Shown: positions 37,338 to 47,067 of the stretch, in pieces
How the letters are laid out: every line of letters starts with the position of its first letter
How positions within the stretch are numbered: the first letter of the stretch is position 1
Source: Dehalococcoidia bacterium
Lineage (GTDB): Bacteria; Chloroflexota; Dehalococcoidia; Plut-88900
DNA: 64,000 nucleotides
Direction: 5' to 3'
NCBI GenBank assembly: GCA_965207225.1
Contig: CBDBLV010000004.1
Location: forward strand, 160,001 to 224,000
Notes under the pieces: model-generated
Told to the model about the DNA's origin: nothing
Seen by the model: the letters and a program-made list of their open reading frames with translations, nothing else
The model's database searches: none
Translations under genes and position numbers: made by a program

Positions 37338-38744
37338 ATGAAGATTCTTGAATGGCGTCTCGGTAGAGAGTTAATCTCTGGGAGGCGCTTCTTTGCGCTA
37401 TTGGCTGTGCTGACCCTAATTTTTTTGATAGCCGCCGCCTGTGGGGAGGCCGCTACCGCTACCCCCGAAGCACCTGCGGAAGAGGAAGCGCCCGCACCTA
37501 CGGCCACAGCCATGATGGCGGAAGAGGAAGAAGAGCCGGATACGGATGACGAAATGGAAGAAGAAGCGCCAGAGCCAACGGCTATGCCGGCCGAACCGAC
37601 AGCCATGCCGGAACCCACGGCCGTGCCGGCATCGGGCCTCAGGCCCAGGGACCAGTGGACCGTGGACAACCCCGCAACCCTCCAGGAGATAGAGAAAGAG
37701 CTGGAGAAATACCGGGGACATAGCCTGGTGTTCAGTTCCTGGGGAGGTGCGTACCAATCCGCCCAGCGGAAGGCTTACGCCATACCTTTCACGGACAAGT
37801 TCGGCATAGAGGTGATCGACGACAATCAGCCTCTGCTATCGAAAGTGAGAGCGATGGCAGAGTCAGGCAACGTTACCTGGCATGTCTTCGACACGGGTGC
37901 AGCGTCGATACACACCCTGGGCAAGACCGGGGCCCTGGAGGATTTGGACTTCAGCATCATCGACACCCGGGACTTTTTCGAAGTGCTCCGGGCGCCGTAC
38001 ATCGCAGGAGGCGGCGCTACCTGGGGAGAGACGTGGGCCTACAACACGGATTCCTATCCGGAGGGTCAGCGACCACAGACAATGGCAGACATCTACGACC
38101 CTGAAAAGTTCCCGGGCCGTCGGGCGTGGGCCTACTACCCCGACCCTGAAATGGTGTTTGTCCTGCTGTCCAAAAACCCAGAACTGCTAGAGACTCCTGA
38201 AGGTCGTGAAAGTCTGGCCGCTCTCACGCCGGAGCAGGCCGACCGGGCCTTCGAACTTTTCGAGGAGTACAAAGACCAGGTGACCCTGATATGGCAGACG
38301 GGGTCCGACTGTCCGCAGCTTCTCATAAGCGGCGAGCTGGACATGTGCACCAACTGGAATGGTCGTATCTATGATGCCACTAAGGAAGGGGCACCCATCA
38401 AGATCTGTTGGGAATGCGGCTATCTCCTCAACACAGACGGTTGGGGCATCATCAGAGGACTCAAGGAGCAGGACCCCGAGGCATTCGACCTGGCCCAGCT
38501 ATTCCTGGCCTGGACCTCATTCCCGGAGATCAACGCCCGAATAGCCCAATTCATCACCTACGGGCCTGTAAACATCAAGTCCCTGCAGGCACTGGACGCC
38601 GCCGAGTACGATGACACCCGCGACGAGCTACCTTCGTCGGCATCCAATATCCCATACGCCATCTTTAAGGATGAGGAACATGTGGCAGTGAACCAGGATG
38701 CCTGGCGGGAGAGATATGCTACCTTCACTCAAGCCTTGCAATAG
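37338..38744 (+). CDS. ABC solute-binding lipoprotein, paralog 4
   Basis: Same motifs; GGAGGAGG RBS. Confidence 0.85.
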   Translation: MKILEWRLGRELISGRRFFALLAVLTLIFLIAAACGEAATATPEAPAEEEAPAPTATAMMAEEEEEPDTDDEMEEEAPEPTAMPAEPTAMPEPTAVPASGLRPRDQWTVDNPATLQEIEKELEKYRGHSLVFSSWGGAYQSAQRKAYAIPFTDKFGIEVIDDNQPLLSKVRAMAESGNVTWHVFDTGAASIHTLGKTGALEDLDFSIIDTRDFFEVLRAPYIAGGGATWGETWAYNTDSYPEGQRPQTMADIYDPEKFPGRRAWAYYPDPEMVFVLLSKNPELLETPEGRESLAALTPEQADRAFELFEEYKDQVTLIWQTGSDCPQLLISGELDMCTNWNGRIYDATKEGAPIKICWECGYLLNTDGWGIIRGLKEQDPEAFDLAQLFLAWTSFPEINARIAQFITYGPVNIKSLQALDAAEYDDTRDELPSSASNIPYAIFKDEEHVAVNQDAWRERYATFTQALQ

Positions 38745-38771
38745 GACAGAGTGGGAGTAGAGGCGGAACAC

Positions 38772-38804
38772 AATGGGGGCCGGACTATTGGTCCGGCCCC
38801 CATT
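38772..38804. terminator. Hairpin between convergent genes
   Basis: AATGGGGGCCGGAC...GTCCGGCCCCCATT. Confidence 0.7.
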
Positions 38805-38836
38805 CTTGGCCTTCAGGTTACGAGGGTCAGTCCTGT

Positions 38837-39985
38837 CTAGCGGAATTGGCGGAAGAACTCTCGCATGTCCTGGGCCAGCTCCTGGGGTTTTTCCATGGCG
38901 GCGAAATGGCCGCCTCGGGGGAATTCGGTCCATCTCTGGACGTTGTGGGAACGATCGGCCCATTCTCTAACGGGGCGGTCGAGCTCTTCGGGGAAGACGG
39001 CCACGGCGGTAGGGACGTTAATTCTCTCGCCCTGGGCCATGCGCCAGTTGTCTTTTCGGGTCTCGTAGTAGATGCGGGTAGAGGAATTAATGGTCCCGGT
39101 GACCCAATAGAGGGTGACGTTGGTGAGGATCTGGTCCTTGGTGTAGACACTTTCGATGTCACCTTCGCAGTCGGACCAGGAGCGCCATTTTTCGACGATC
39201 CAGGCTGCGAGACCGGCTGGGGAGTCGTTGAGGCCGTAGGCGAGGGTCTGGGGTTTGGTGCCCTGGATGTGGCCGTAGGCGCCCTCGTCGTCTTCCCACC
39301 GGGCCAGTTCCTTCACGTATTGCTTTTCGGGGTCAGAGAGGGGTCGGGAGCCGGGGCCCAGGTAGGGCCTGCCTCCGAAGACCATGTTGATGTGGATGGC
39401 TTTGACCTTATCAGCGTGGCCAAAGCCCATCCTTGAGGAGATGGATGCTCCCCAGTCGCCGCCCTGGGCCACGTAACTATCGTAGCCGACCTGGTCCATC
39501 AGCCTGGCGAACACATCGGCGATGCCGTTGACGCCCATGCCGGGGACCTTAGGCATGCCGGAGAATCCATAGCCGGGCAGGGAAGGAGCAATCACGTCGA
39601 AAGAATCTTTGGGGTCGCCGCCGTGGGCTGCGGGGTCGGTGAGAAGGGGGATGAAGTCCAGGAATTCGGTGATGGAGCCGGGCCAGCCGTGGATGAGGAG
39701 GAGGGGAAGGGGGTCGGGGCCCCTGCCTCTCTCGTGGATGTAGTGGATGTCGAGGCCGTCAACCTCGGTGATGAACTGGGAGTAGCGATTGATCTTCGCT
39801 TCCTGCTCTCTCCAGTCAAACTCCTCGATCCAGTAGTCGACCAGCTCCTTGAGGTAGGCCAGGTTTGAGCCATAGTCCCAACCGGAATCAGGGATTTCGT
39901 CGGGCCAGCGGGTGCGTTTCAGGCGCTGTTGCAGGTCATCAAGTATGTCTTGCTTTATGTTTGCTCGAAACGGTGAAGCGGGCAT
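38837..39985 (-). CDS. Epoxide hydrolase (microsomal-type, EHN + alpha/beta hydrolase)
   Basis: HGWPGS, PSLPGYGFS, QGGDWG, DSPAGLAAWIVEKW, GGHFAAME. Confidence 0.93.
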   Translation of the reverse strand: MPASPFRANIKQDILDDLQQRLKRTRWPDEIPDSGWDYGSNLAYLKELVDYWIEEFDWREQEAKINRYSQFITEVDGLDIHYIHERGRGPDPLPLLLIHGWPGSITEFLDFIPLLTDPAAHGGDPKDSFDVIAPSLPGYGFSGMPKVPGMGVNGIADVFARLMDQVGYDSYVAQGGDWGASISSRMGFGHADKVKAIHINMVFGGRPYLGPGSRPLSDPEKQYVKELARWEDDEGAYGHIQGTKPQTLAYGLNDSPAGLAAWIVEKWRSWSDCEGDIESVYTKDQILTNVTLYWVTGTINSSTRIYYETRKDNWRMAQGERINVPTAVAVFPEELDRPVREWADRSHNVQRWTEFPRGGHFAAMEKPQELAQDMREFFRQFR

Positions 39986-40030
39986 GGTTGGTCTCCTGTA
40001 ATGGCTGTTTATGTAGAGTAGGCGGGTCGT

Positions 40031-40219
40031 TCAACTCGCCTGAATTTCGGTTATGGCGTCGACGAGCCTGGCGGCCCAGTCCTGCATCTGCTCTTCTATG
40101 TCCGAGCCACAGTGAGGGCAGTCCAGGTCTCCGAAGCGGAGGCTGATACGGCAGTCTCGGCATTCGGGTCTTTCGGCGATTATCCTGAAAGCTGCCTGGA
40201 TTTGAGATTCAGTAGCCAT
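40031..40219 (-). CDS. Small zinc-ribbon protein
   Basis: 62 aa with CRDC...CPHCG. Confidence 0.6.
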   Translation of the reverse strand: MATESQIQAAFRIIAERPECRDCRISLRFGDLDCPHCGSDIEEQMQDWAARLVDAITEIQAS

Positions 40220-40359
40220 ATTGTCTCGCTTCTCAATGAGAAATCGGGATGCAGCGACGGGCGTCGGGGGAAAGGGCCGGTGTTTTGATGATATGATAAC
40301 AGGCAACTGACTTTGACTTTGCCGCACTTTATTCCGTTCAAACACGTCGTCTACCCAAA

Positions 40360-42108
40360 ATGCTAGCCGCCTTCCAAAGGCTTCTGCCGCGGGACTGGAA
40401 ACTCAACGGGACCACGGACAGGCGCCTGCTCTTGTTCAGGATTCGCCAGCAGGGCATCTATCCGGCCCTTGCTATACCGGCAATCCTGGTCATGCTCCTG
40501 TTCTTCGTCATCCCACTGGTCAGGATGGTGGGCGTGAGTTTTGGGGATGGCGAGTTCTCCACGGCGTACTACGAAAGGGCGCTGACTAACCCTATCTATC
40601 AACGGATGTTCCGTACTACTGCGGAACTGGCCGTCACTACGACTATTGCGTGCATCATATTCGGGTATCCGATTGCCTACTACCTAGCGACTCGGGCGGG
40701 GCGGTGGCGGGGTATTGTCCTGCTGATAGTCATAGTGCCGTTTATTACGAATTCGATAGCGAGCACGTACACCTGGCGGGTGATACTCGGGCGACGGGGT
40801 CCGGTCAACGAGTTCGTGCAACTCATAGGGCTCGTGGACGAACCGCTAGAGCTGCTGTGGACGCGGATGGCAGTGGAAATCGGGATGATGCAGCTCTTCC
40901 TTCCATTCATGGTGCTGCCCCTTTACGCCGTCATGCGAAACATTCCCAGGAGCTTGACAGCCGTGGCCGAAAGCATGGGTGCGACCCCCCTGAAGAGCTT
41001 CTGGCGAGTCTACTTGCCCTTGAGTATTCCGGGGATATGGGCGGGATCTCTGCTGGTCTTCATCCTGAGTGCGGGGAGTTCCATTGCGCCCACGGTGCTT
41101 GGCGGCATCAAGGACCAGGGAATCGCGTCCTATCTGTCGGGGACAGGGGGGTTCAGTGCAGCACTAGCCATAATCTTGCTGACGGCCATTCTGATCCTGT
41201 TCCTGATCTTCGCTCGACTGATCGGGTTCGGGTCGATCTACGGCGCGGGGGAGGCCCTGATTCGCTCCTCCTCGATCGAAACCTCTTATCGGGCCCCGCG
41301 CCGGGTTCCGTTGAATCTGCTGGTGGGTCTTCTATGCGCCTTTCTCGTTCTGCCCAGCCTGATAGTAATCCCATTAGCCTTCAACAAGTCTGCGTTTGTG
41401 ATTTTCCCTCCCAAGGCCTATAGCATCGACTGGATCAAGGCTTTCTTTATCAGTGATCCGATCACCCCCGTCAACTGGATTACGTCGACGTCCACGAGCC
41501 TGCAACTGGCTTTCATTACGGTGTTAATTGCCGTGCCATTCGGCGGGATGGTGGCCTATGGACTGGCCCGGGGGTCGTTCCCGGGGCGAGGGCTCCTGGG
41601 GTCCTTCGTCATCCTTCCGCTAATAGTGCCGGCTACGCTAACTGCGCTGGCACTCTTCTATTTCTATTCGTTTAACATGCGCCCGCTGGTGGGAACGGTA
41701 ATCGGAATAGCTCTGCCCCACGTGGTCCTGGCGATACCCTACGTGGTGATTATCCTGACGGCGACGCTCAGGGGAATCGACCAGGTGCACGAACAGGCGG
41801 CAATGAGCCTGGGGGCCAACAGGTTCACGGCGTTACGCAGGGTAATCCTGCCTCAAATAATGCCCGGAATCACGGTGGCGACATTCTTTGCCTTTCTTGT
41901 CTCCTTCTACGAGGTGCCCATAGCGGTCTTCCTCAAAGACCCGTTCCTAAGGACTCTGCCGATGAACCTTTGGAACGGCGTCACGGTGGAGTTTGCGCCA
42001 ATGATGGCCGCAGTGTCATTCATCCTGCTGGTATTTGCCGGCCTTATGCTCATGGGGATCCTGTTTTTCAGGAGTCGGCTGTCGAGGCAGCCGAGCCAAG
42101 AGGTCTGA
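40360..42108 (+). CDS. Fused ABC transporter permease (PotB+PotC-like)
   Basis: Two EAA-type loops (AVAESMGA, EQAAMSLGA); about 12 TM helices. Confidence 0.88.
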   Translation: MLAAFQRLLPRDWKLNGTTDRRLLLFRIRQQGIYPALAIPAILVMLLFFVIPLVRMVGVSFGDGEFSTAYYERALTNPIYQRMFRTTAELAVTTTIACIIFGYPIAYYLATRAGRWRGIVLLIVIVPFITNSIASTYTWRVILGRRGPVNEFVQLIGLVDEPLELLWTRMAVEIGMMQLFLPFMVLPLYAVMRNIPRSLTAVAESMGATPLKSFWRVYLPLSIPGIWAGSLLVFILSAGSSIAPTVLGGIKDQGIASYLSGTGGFSAALAIILLTAILILFLIFARLIGFGSIYGAGEALIRSSSIETSYRAPRRVPLNLLVGLLCAFLVLPSLIVIPLAFNKSAFVIFPPKAYSIDWIKAFFISDPITPVNWITSTSTSLQLAFITVLIAVPFGGMVAYGLARGSFPGRGLLGSFVILPLIVPATLTALALFYFYSFNMRPLVGTVIGIALPHVVLAIPYVVIILTATLRGIDQVHEQAAMSLGANRFTALRRVILPQIMPGITVATFFAFLVSFYEVPIAVFLKDPFLRTLPMNLWNGVTVEFAPMMAAVSFILLVFAGLMLMGILFFRSRLSRQPSQEV

Positions 42109-42136
42109 CGACTCATAACAGGGCAGGGAGGACAAG

Positions 42137-42553
42137 ATGGAGTACGACGACGCACGCACTTTTCTCTCAACAAACTTTGATGCAGTGGTGAACACGTTCA
42201 GGAGGTCGGGGGCGATCCAGACGAGCGTGGTCAAGGCAGGCGCCTACCAGGGCGGGGCGGTGTTCGTGGCGATTGGGAACTCGGCGAAGCTGAAGAACCT
42301 GCGTCGGGACCCGAGGTGTACCGTGACAGTGGTGAGCCCGCACTGGGACCGCTGGTGCGCCGTCGAGGGCACTGTTGTCATCCGGGACTGGGAGAACACC
42401 GACCACGAAGCTCTAAGGGTGGAGCTACGAGAGGCCTTCGTTGCATGTGGCGGCGCTCACGATGACTGGGAAGAGTATGACCGGGTGATGAGGGAAGACC
42501 GTCGGGCGATAGTGGTGGTCAGTGGGGACCACGTATACGGGCAGGGGATCTAG
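42137..42553 (+). CDS. PPOX-class (putatively F420-dependent) oxidoreductase
   Basis: AKLKNLRRDPRCTV, HDDWEEYDRVMREDRR. Confidence 0.8.
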   Translation: MEYDDARTFLSTNFDAVVNTFRRSGAIQTSVVKAGAYQGGAVFVAIGNSAKLKNLRRDPRCTVTVVSPHWDRWCAVEGTVVIRDWENTDHEALRVELREAFVACGGAHDDWEEYDRVMREDRRAIVVVSGDHVYGQGI

Positions 42554-43449
42554 CCCAGCATCTTCAGCGCGCCTGCCTCTACGGATATCTCGGCGGGGGT
42601 CTGGGAGACCTTTTCCCCATCTGCCCAGATGGGCATTGGGGCCTCGGTCTCCAGTTTGAGGCTTTTCACCCTGTGAATCGAGACCGCGGGATGCCTGGTA
42701 TGACCGCCCTTGAAGACCCGGGGCAGGATCATCACCACGTCGCATCTTGAGACTGACTTTACGAGGCACACGTCCAGCATGCCATCATTGGGGAGGGCAT
42801 CGGGGGCGATGTGCATGTTGCCGCCGTACTGTCGGGTGTTGGCGGTCGCGGTCAGGAACGTCCGGCCGGAGTAGCTCAAGCCGTCACCTTCCAGGCTAAC
42901 CTGAACGTCCCTGTAGCGGAACAGTTGCAGGAAGATGGCGTAGAGATACGAAGGGGTGCCCTTGAGAAAGCGAGGCACATGGCCGTCGGCAACGTACTGG
43001 CTCACGGTGCTGTCGAAGCCCAGAGTTGCGACCGTAGCGAAGTACCTGCCACCTACAACACCCAAGTCAACAAGCCTGGTTTTGCCGGACAAGATGAGGT
43101 CTCGGATTTCCACAGCAGTCTTTGGGAGGCCAAGGGCCGTTGCGAAGTCGTTGCACCTGCCAGAAGGCGCAACCCCGACGGTCACGTTATGTCCTCCGTG
43201 GCCGGACATCACCCCGTTGATCACCTCGTGGAGCGTACCGTCGCCGCCACAAGCCAGGACGCCTGCGATGCCATTCTCCACTGCCGCAGCCGCCATTGAT
43301 TCGGCATCACCGGGAGCTGTGGTGTAAAGGACATCGCTGGGAATATCGGCGCCAGTGAGGAGATTTCCGATGCGCTCTGCGAGTCGCAGGCTGGCACCCT
43401 TGCCGGAGGTCGGGTTGGCAATGATGGTCCACGAATCGCTGCTAACCAT
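42550..43449 (-). CDS. Diacylglycerol/lipid kinase family (YegS/DgkB-like)
   Basis: ANPTSGKG, GGDGTLHEV, PSGRCNDFA, YGGNM, ADGE. Confidence 0.9.
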   Translation of the reverse strand: MVSSDSWTIIANPTSGKGASLRLAERIGNLLTGADIPSDVLYTTAPGDAESMAAAAVENGIAGVLACGGDGTLHEVINGVMSGHGGHNVTVGVAPSGRCNDFATALGLPKTAVEIRDLILSGKTRLVDLGVVGGRYFATVATLGFDSTVSQYVADGHVPRFLKGTPSYLYAIFLQLFRYRDVQVSLEGDGLSYSGRTFLTATANTRQYGGNMHIAPDALPNDGMLDVCLVKSVSRCDVVMILPRVFKGGHTRHPAVSIHRVKSLKLETEAPMPIWADGEKVSQTPAEISVEAGALKMLG

Positions 43450-43451
43450 TG

Positions 43452-45038
43452 CTAGGTCACGTCGCAGAGGAAGATGGGCGGGTAGTGAAACATTGAGACC
43501 TCGGGGGAGGGGCCGACGCTGTCCCTGGCCATCTCGAGGGCGGTGGGGACGTCGGGGGCAGTCTCGTAGCCCAGCCGCTCGGCGACAGACTTGTCCCTGG
43601 CACCTGCCACGATGACCCGACCCAGGTAGTCCTGCCCGTAGCAAGCCCAGTACCACATATAGAAGGGATGCACGCCGTGGTAGGCGTAGGACTCCCGATA
43701 GAGTCGTCGATACCGCTCATCGTCTGCATACACCGCTTCGAAGCGCTTTTCGATTTCGGCGGCGTCCTGGGTCTGGGGGAGGATGTTGTTGTAGAAGTCG
43801 ATATAGGAGGGGTGGTGGGTGGCGTTGAAACGCTCGTCCAAGGGGTGGGTGAAGATGAGCACTCCTCCCCGTTTAACCAGCGGTTTGCCCCGGTACATGT
43901 TGAAGCTGTAGCCGAGGGCCAGGGTGTGGATAAGCAAGGGGTTCAGGAAGGAGTTGACGTTGTAGGGACAGAGGTAGGGCAGGCCCATGACCATTACGTC
44001 GGCCTGGCCCTCAACCGGGACGGTCTGCTGCTTGAACAGGGTGGACAGGATCTGATCATGGACCATGTCCGTGTCGCCGGCGGCGACGTCCAGAAGGCCG
44101 TAGGGCGAGCGGAGGTTCTGGAAGATCTGCCATCTAAGGTAGAAGGGCGCGATATTCAGGGCCGGGCGGTTGACACCGAAGGTGATTTTGTCGATGAGAT
44201 TCCAGTCCGACTCCTGCTTCTGCAGGTGGGACAGTATCGAGGGAAAGGTGTTGGAGTTAAGCGCGGTCTCGATCTTGAAGACGTTCAGGTTCTTTGCCAC
44301 GACCTTGCCCATGCCGTTGACCGAATCGTGGAGGGCCGAACGGGTCGGGTCCATGTAGGACTCACAGCGCATCAGGGTGTGTACGTTATGGTGGTGACGG
44401 ATGGTCTTGTAGCTGACGAGGCCCGTGTTAATGGACTTGTGGCCCCCGTCCATGGATGAGAGGTTGATGTTGACGTAGATGAGCAAGTCTGAGTCGGCGA
44501 TCCGTTTTGAGGTCTCCACCTCTTCGCCGTGCTCGGTGGCGCCCAGGACAACGAGATTGTCACGGTCTTCAGCATCAAAGTTGTAGAGCCTGTCGGGATG
44601 GAAGCGGTTGAAGACCTTCCTACCAAGGGCTCTCTTCAATTCGCCGGGCGTCATGCGCCTATGGAGGCCAAGGGCAGCGACGAGGTGGATATCATCGACG
44701 CCCTTTTCGGCGAGGACTTTGAGCACTGCTTCGACGATGCGCTGGCGCATGTCGGGTCGGGTCATGGGGGGGAGGGGAAGGGAGATATCGTCGAAGGCGA
44801 TGGTCACCTTCATGCCGGGCCTGAGATGTTCGGACAGGGGGTCCTGGCCCAAGGGGTTTTCGAGGGCGTTGGCTATCGCAGCGTCGGGGTCTTTGATAGC
44901 GGGGAGGGGGGGTGGGGGGTAGATGACACGGGCTCCGACGGGCAGCTCCTCGTACCGGAAGGACTCCCCGTGGTGCATGAGGAATCGCTGCCCGGGCTTT
45001 TCCACCCGCTTAACCAGTTTGCTCTTGTCTATTTCCAA
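43452..45038 (-). CDS. LarA-like (DUF2088, lactate racemase domain) protein
   Basis: ALENPLG..PL, IAFDDISLP, ALGLHRRMT, GGHKS, GGVLI. Confidence 0.8.
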   Translation of the reverse strand: MEIDKSKLVKRVEKPGQRFLMHHGESFRYEELPVGARVIYPPPPLPAIKDPDAAIANALENPLGQDPLSEHLRPGMKVTIAFDDISLPLPPMTRPDMRQRIVEAVLKVLAEKGVDDIHLVAALGLHRRMTPGELKRALGRKVFNRFHPDRLYNFDAEDRDNLVVLGATEHGEEVETSKRIADSDLLIYVNINLSSMDGGHKSINTGLVSYKTIRHHHNVHTLMRCESYMDPTRSALHDSVNGMGKVVAKNLNVFKIETALNSNTFPSILSHLQKQESDWNLIDKITFGVNRPALNIAPFYLRWQIFQNLRSPYGLLDVAAGDTDMVHDQILSTLFKQQTVPVEGQADVMVMGLPYLCPYNVNSFLNPLLIHTLALGYSFNMYRGKPLVKRGGVLIFTHPLDERFNATHHPSYIDFYNNILPQTQDAAEIEKRFEAVYADDERYRRLYRESYAYHGVHPFYMWYWACYGQDYLGRVIVAGARDKSVAERLGYETAPDVPTALEMARDSVGPSPEVSMFHYPPIFLCDVT

Positions 45039-45087
45039 ATCAACACCTTTATGGACAGGGCCTTGACGTTAGTGTAGCAAGCCTGAT

Positions 45088-46314
45088 TCAGCCGGGAAAG
45101 GAGAAGGCCACCTTGGCCCCACCCAGCCTCCCGGCCCGTCCTGCGATTACCAAGGCATCCTTGTAGCGACGGATGGGAAACCGGTGAGTGACGAGGGCCG
45201 CCAGCCGGTCACGCAGTTCCTGGTTTTTCATCAGACGAATTGCCAAGTCGAAAGTCTTGACGTGCTCGTTTGCAGTGTGTTCCAGGCCGTAGGCATAGGC
45301 GCCGGTGAGGCGCACCTGCTGGTGCCACAGGGGGGTGAGGTCGGTGCGGGCGTCAGAGGGCATGCCTAGAGCTACTACGGCGCCATTCTCCTCCGTCCAC
45401 CTGACGGCGTCATCCAGGGCCGCGGAGCTCCCGACACACTCGTAGACGACGGGAAATCCACCAACCACCGCGGGTTTCTCCCGAATGACCGGCAAAAGCT
45501 TTGCTCCAACTTCGCCAGCAAGCTGCTCGTAGCCGTTCACGCCGGGAGGGTAGACGGTGTCGGCGCCCAGGGCCCGGGCGGTGGTGGCCTGGGAGGGGTA
45601 CTTGGCGACGGCGATGATGCGGGTGTCGGGTCTCAGGGCCCTCAGGGCGGCGATGGTCAAGAGGCCAACCACACCACACCCGAGGACCAGCGCAGGACCC
45701 GGCTCAGCGGGTTCTGCCCGGAGCACGCCGTGAATGGCGCAGGAGAGGGGTTCAATAAGCACTGAGGCCTGGTCGGAGAAATCAGTCGGGACGGGGTGGA
45801 GCTGGGAGACATGAGCAACAAATCTCTCTCCCCAGCCACCCGGCAGGCTCCTACAATACCCGGTCTGCAAACCCGCACCCACCGCTCCTTCCGTAGCCCG
45901 TATACAGTTTGCATAGCGACCGGCTGCACAGGCGGGACAGGCTTCGGAAAAGCCCCTGACCGTGCACCCGAGAGCCGGTTCTATTGCTACACGGTCACCG
46001 ACCTTGAAACCCTGGACTTGTGCTCCGGTCTCGATTATCTCGCCCACAACCTCGTGGCCGGGGACGAAGGGAAAGGAGGTGAAGCCAGAGAGGTAAAGAC
46101 TGCCCTTGCTCTTAATCACTGCAAGGTCCGAGCCACAGATGCCGCTAAGGATGGTGCGCAATTTGACCCAATCCGGGCGGGGGAGCTGGGGTTCGGGAAC
46201 ATCTTTCAGGCGAAGGAGGCTGGTCGGGCCGAGGGCGAATCGGGGGAAGGGCCCGGACAGAACCCGGGTCAGAAGATACCGAGGTACGCTCTTGTAAATG
46301 ACCAGGGCTTTCAC
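45088..46314 (-). CDS. Zinc-binding (MDR family) dehydrogenase
   Basis: SGICGSD, GHEVVG, structural Cys cluster, GCGVVG nucleotide-binding motif. Confidence 0.9.
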   Translation of the reverse strand: MKALVIYKSVPRYLLTRVLSGPFPRFALGPTSLLRLKDVPEPQLPRPDWVKLRTILSGICGSDLAVIKSKGSLYLSGFTSFPFVPGHEVVGEIIETGAQVQGFKVGDRVAIEPALGCTVRGFSEACPACAAGRYANCIRATEGAVGAGLQTGYCRSLPGGWGERFVAHVSQLHPVPTDFSDQASVLIEPLSCAIHGVLRAEPAEPGPALVLGCGVVGLLTIAALRALRPDTRIIAVAKYPSQATTARALGADTVYPPGVNGYEQLAGEVGAKLLPVIREKPAVVGGFPVVYECVGSSAALDDAVRWTEENGAVVALGMPSDARTDLTPLWHQQVRLTGAYAYGLEHTANEHVKTFDLAIRLMKNQELRDRLAALVTHRFPIRRYKDALVIAGRAGRLGGAKVAFSFPG

Positions 46315-46371
46315 GGTTATCTGGGAGTTGCGTCGGTTTGAATCATCTCTTGAGCCTTAAAGCCGGACCAA

Positions 46372-47067
46372 CTAAGACGGTTTGCCCTTGCTCGTCCAGT
46401 GTCGCACGGGCCAGCCTCGGGAGCGGGCGAGTTTCTCAAGACGACGCTCGGGGTTCACCGCAACCGGATGTCCGACCAGCTCAAGGAGTGGCAGGTCGGA
46501 CATATCGTCTGCATAGGCGTAGGACTCGGAGAGGTCTACGCCTGATTGGGTTGCCCAGGTTTCGGCGGCCTCGGCCTTGGCAGTGCCGCTCAGGGGTCCT
46601 GACGACAATTCTCCAGTGAATCGCCCCGCCGACACCCCGCAGCGGGAGGCCATCACTTCGTCGGCCTGGAGAAGTTCGCCCAAAGGGACGACCATTTCGA
46701 AAAGTCCGCCAGTCAGAAGCACAACTTTGTGACCTTGTTCTCGGTGCCTGTTGACCTGGTCTCGTGCCTCTTGAAAAAGGTGTCGGGACCAATAAGCGCG
46801 GCCGGGGCCCTGGGTCCAGCGTTCCATGGCTTCCACGGAGACTCCATTGTAATTCTTGAAGAACCTCTCGATAAAACGCACGCGGTCGAGCCAGTCCAGG
46901 TAGGCGTAGAGAGGCGCTTTGGCCAGCACGCCCCCCACCGAGATGGCCTTGCCCAATAGGCTCTTGCCGTCCAAGGTGAAGTCCAGATACGCGTCGAGAA
47001 GGTTGGAAGAAGCACTGGTGCGGTCTACGTCGAAGAAGGCTGCCGGGTGGGCGTTAGTCGGGCCCAT
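46372..47067 (-). CDS. HAD-IB family phosphatase (SerB-like)
   Basis: AAFFDVDRT, LLTGG, K, YADDMSDLPLL, VNP. Confidence 0.88.
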   Translation of the reverse strand: MGPTNAHPAAFFDVDRTSASSNLLDAYLDFTLDGKSLLGKAISVGGVLAKAPLYAYLDWLDRVRFIERFFKNYNGVSVEAMERWTQGPGRAYWSRHLFQEARDQVNRHREQGHKVVLLTGGLFEMVVPLGELLQADEVMASRCGVSAGRFTGELSSGPLSGTAKAEAAETWATQSGVDLSESYAYADDMSDLPLLELVGHPVAVNPERRLEKLARSRGWPVRHWTSKGKPS

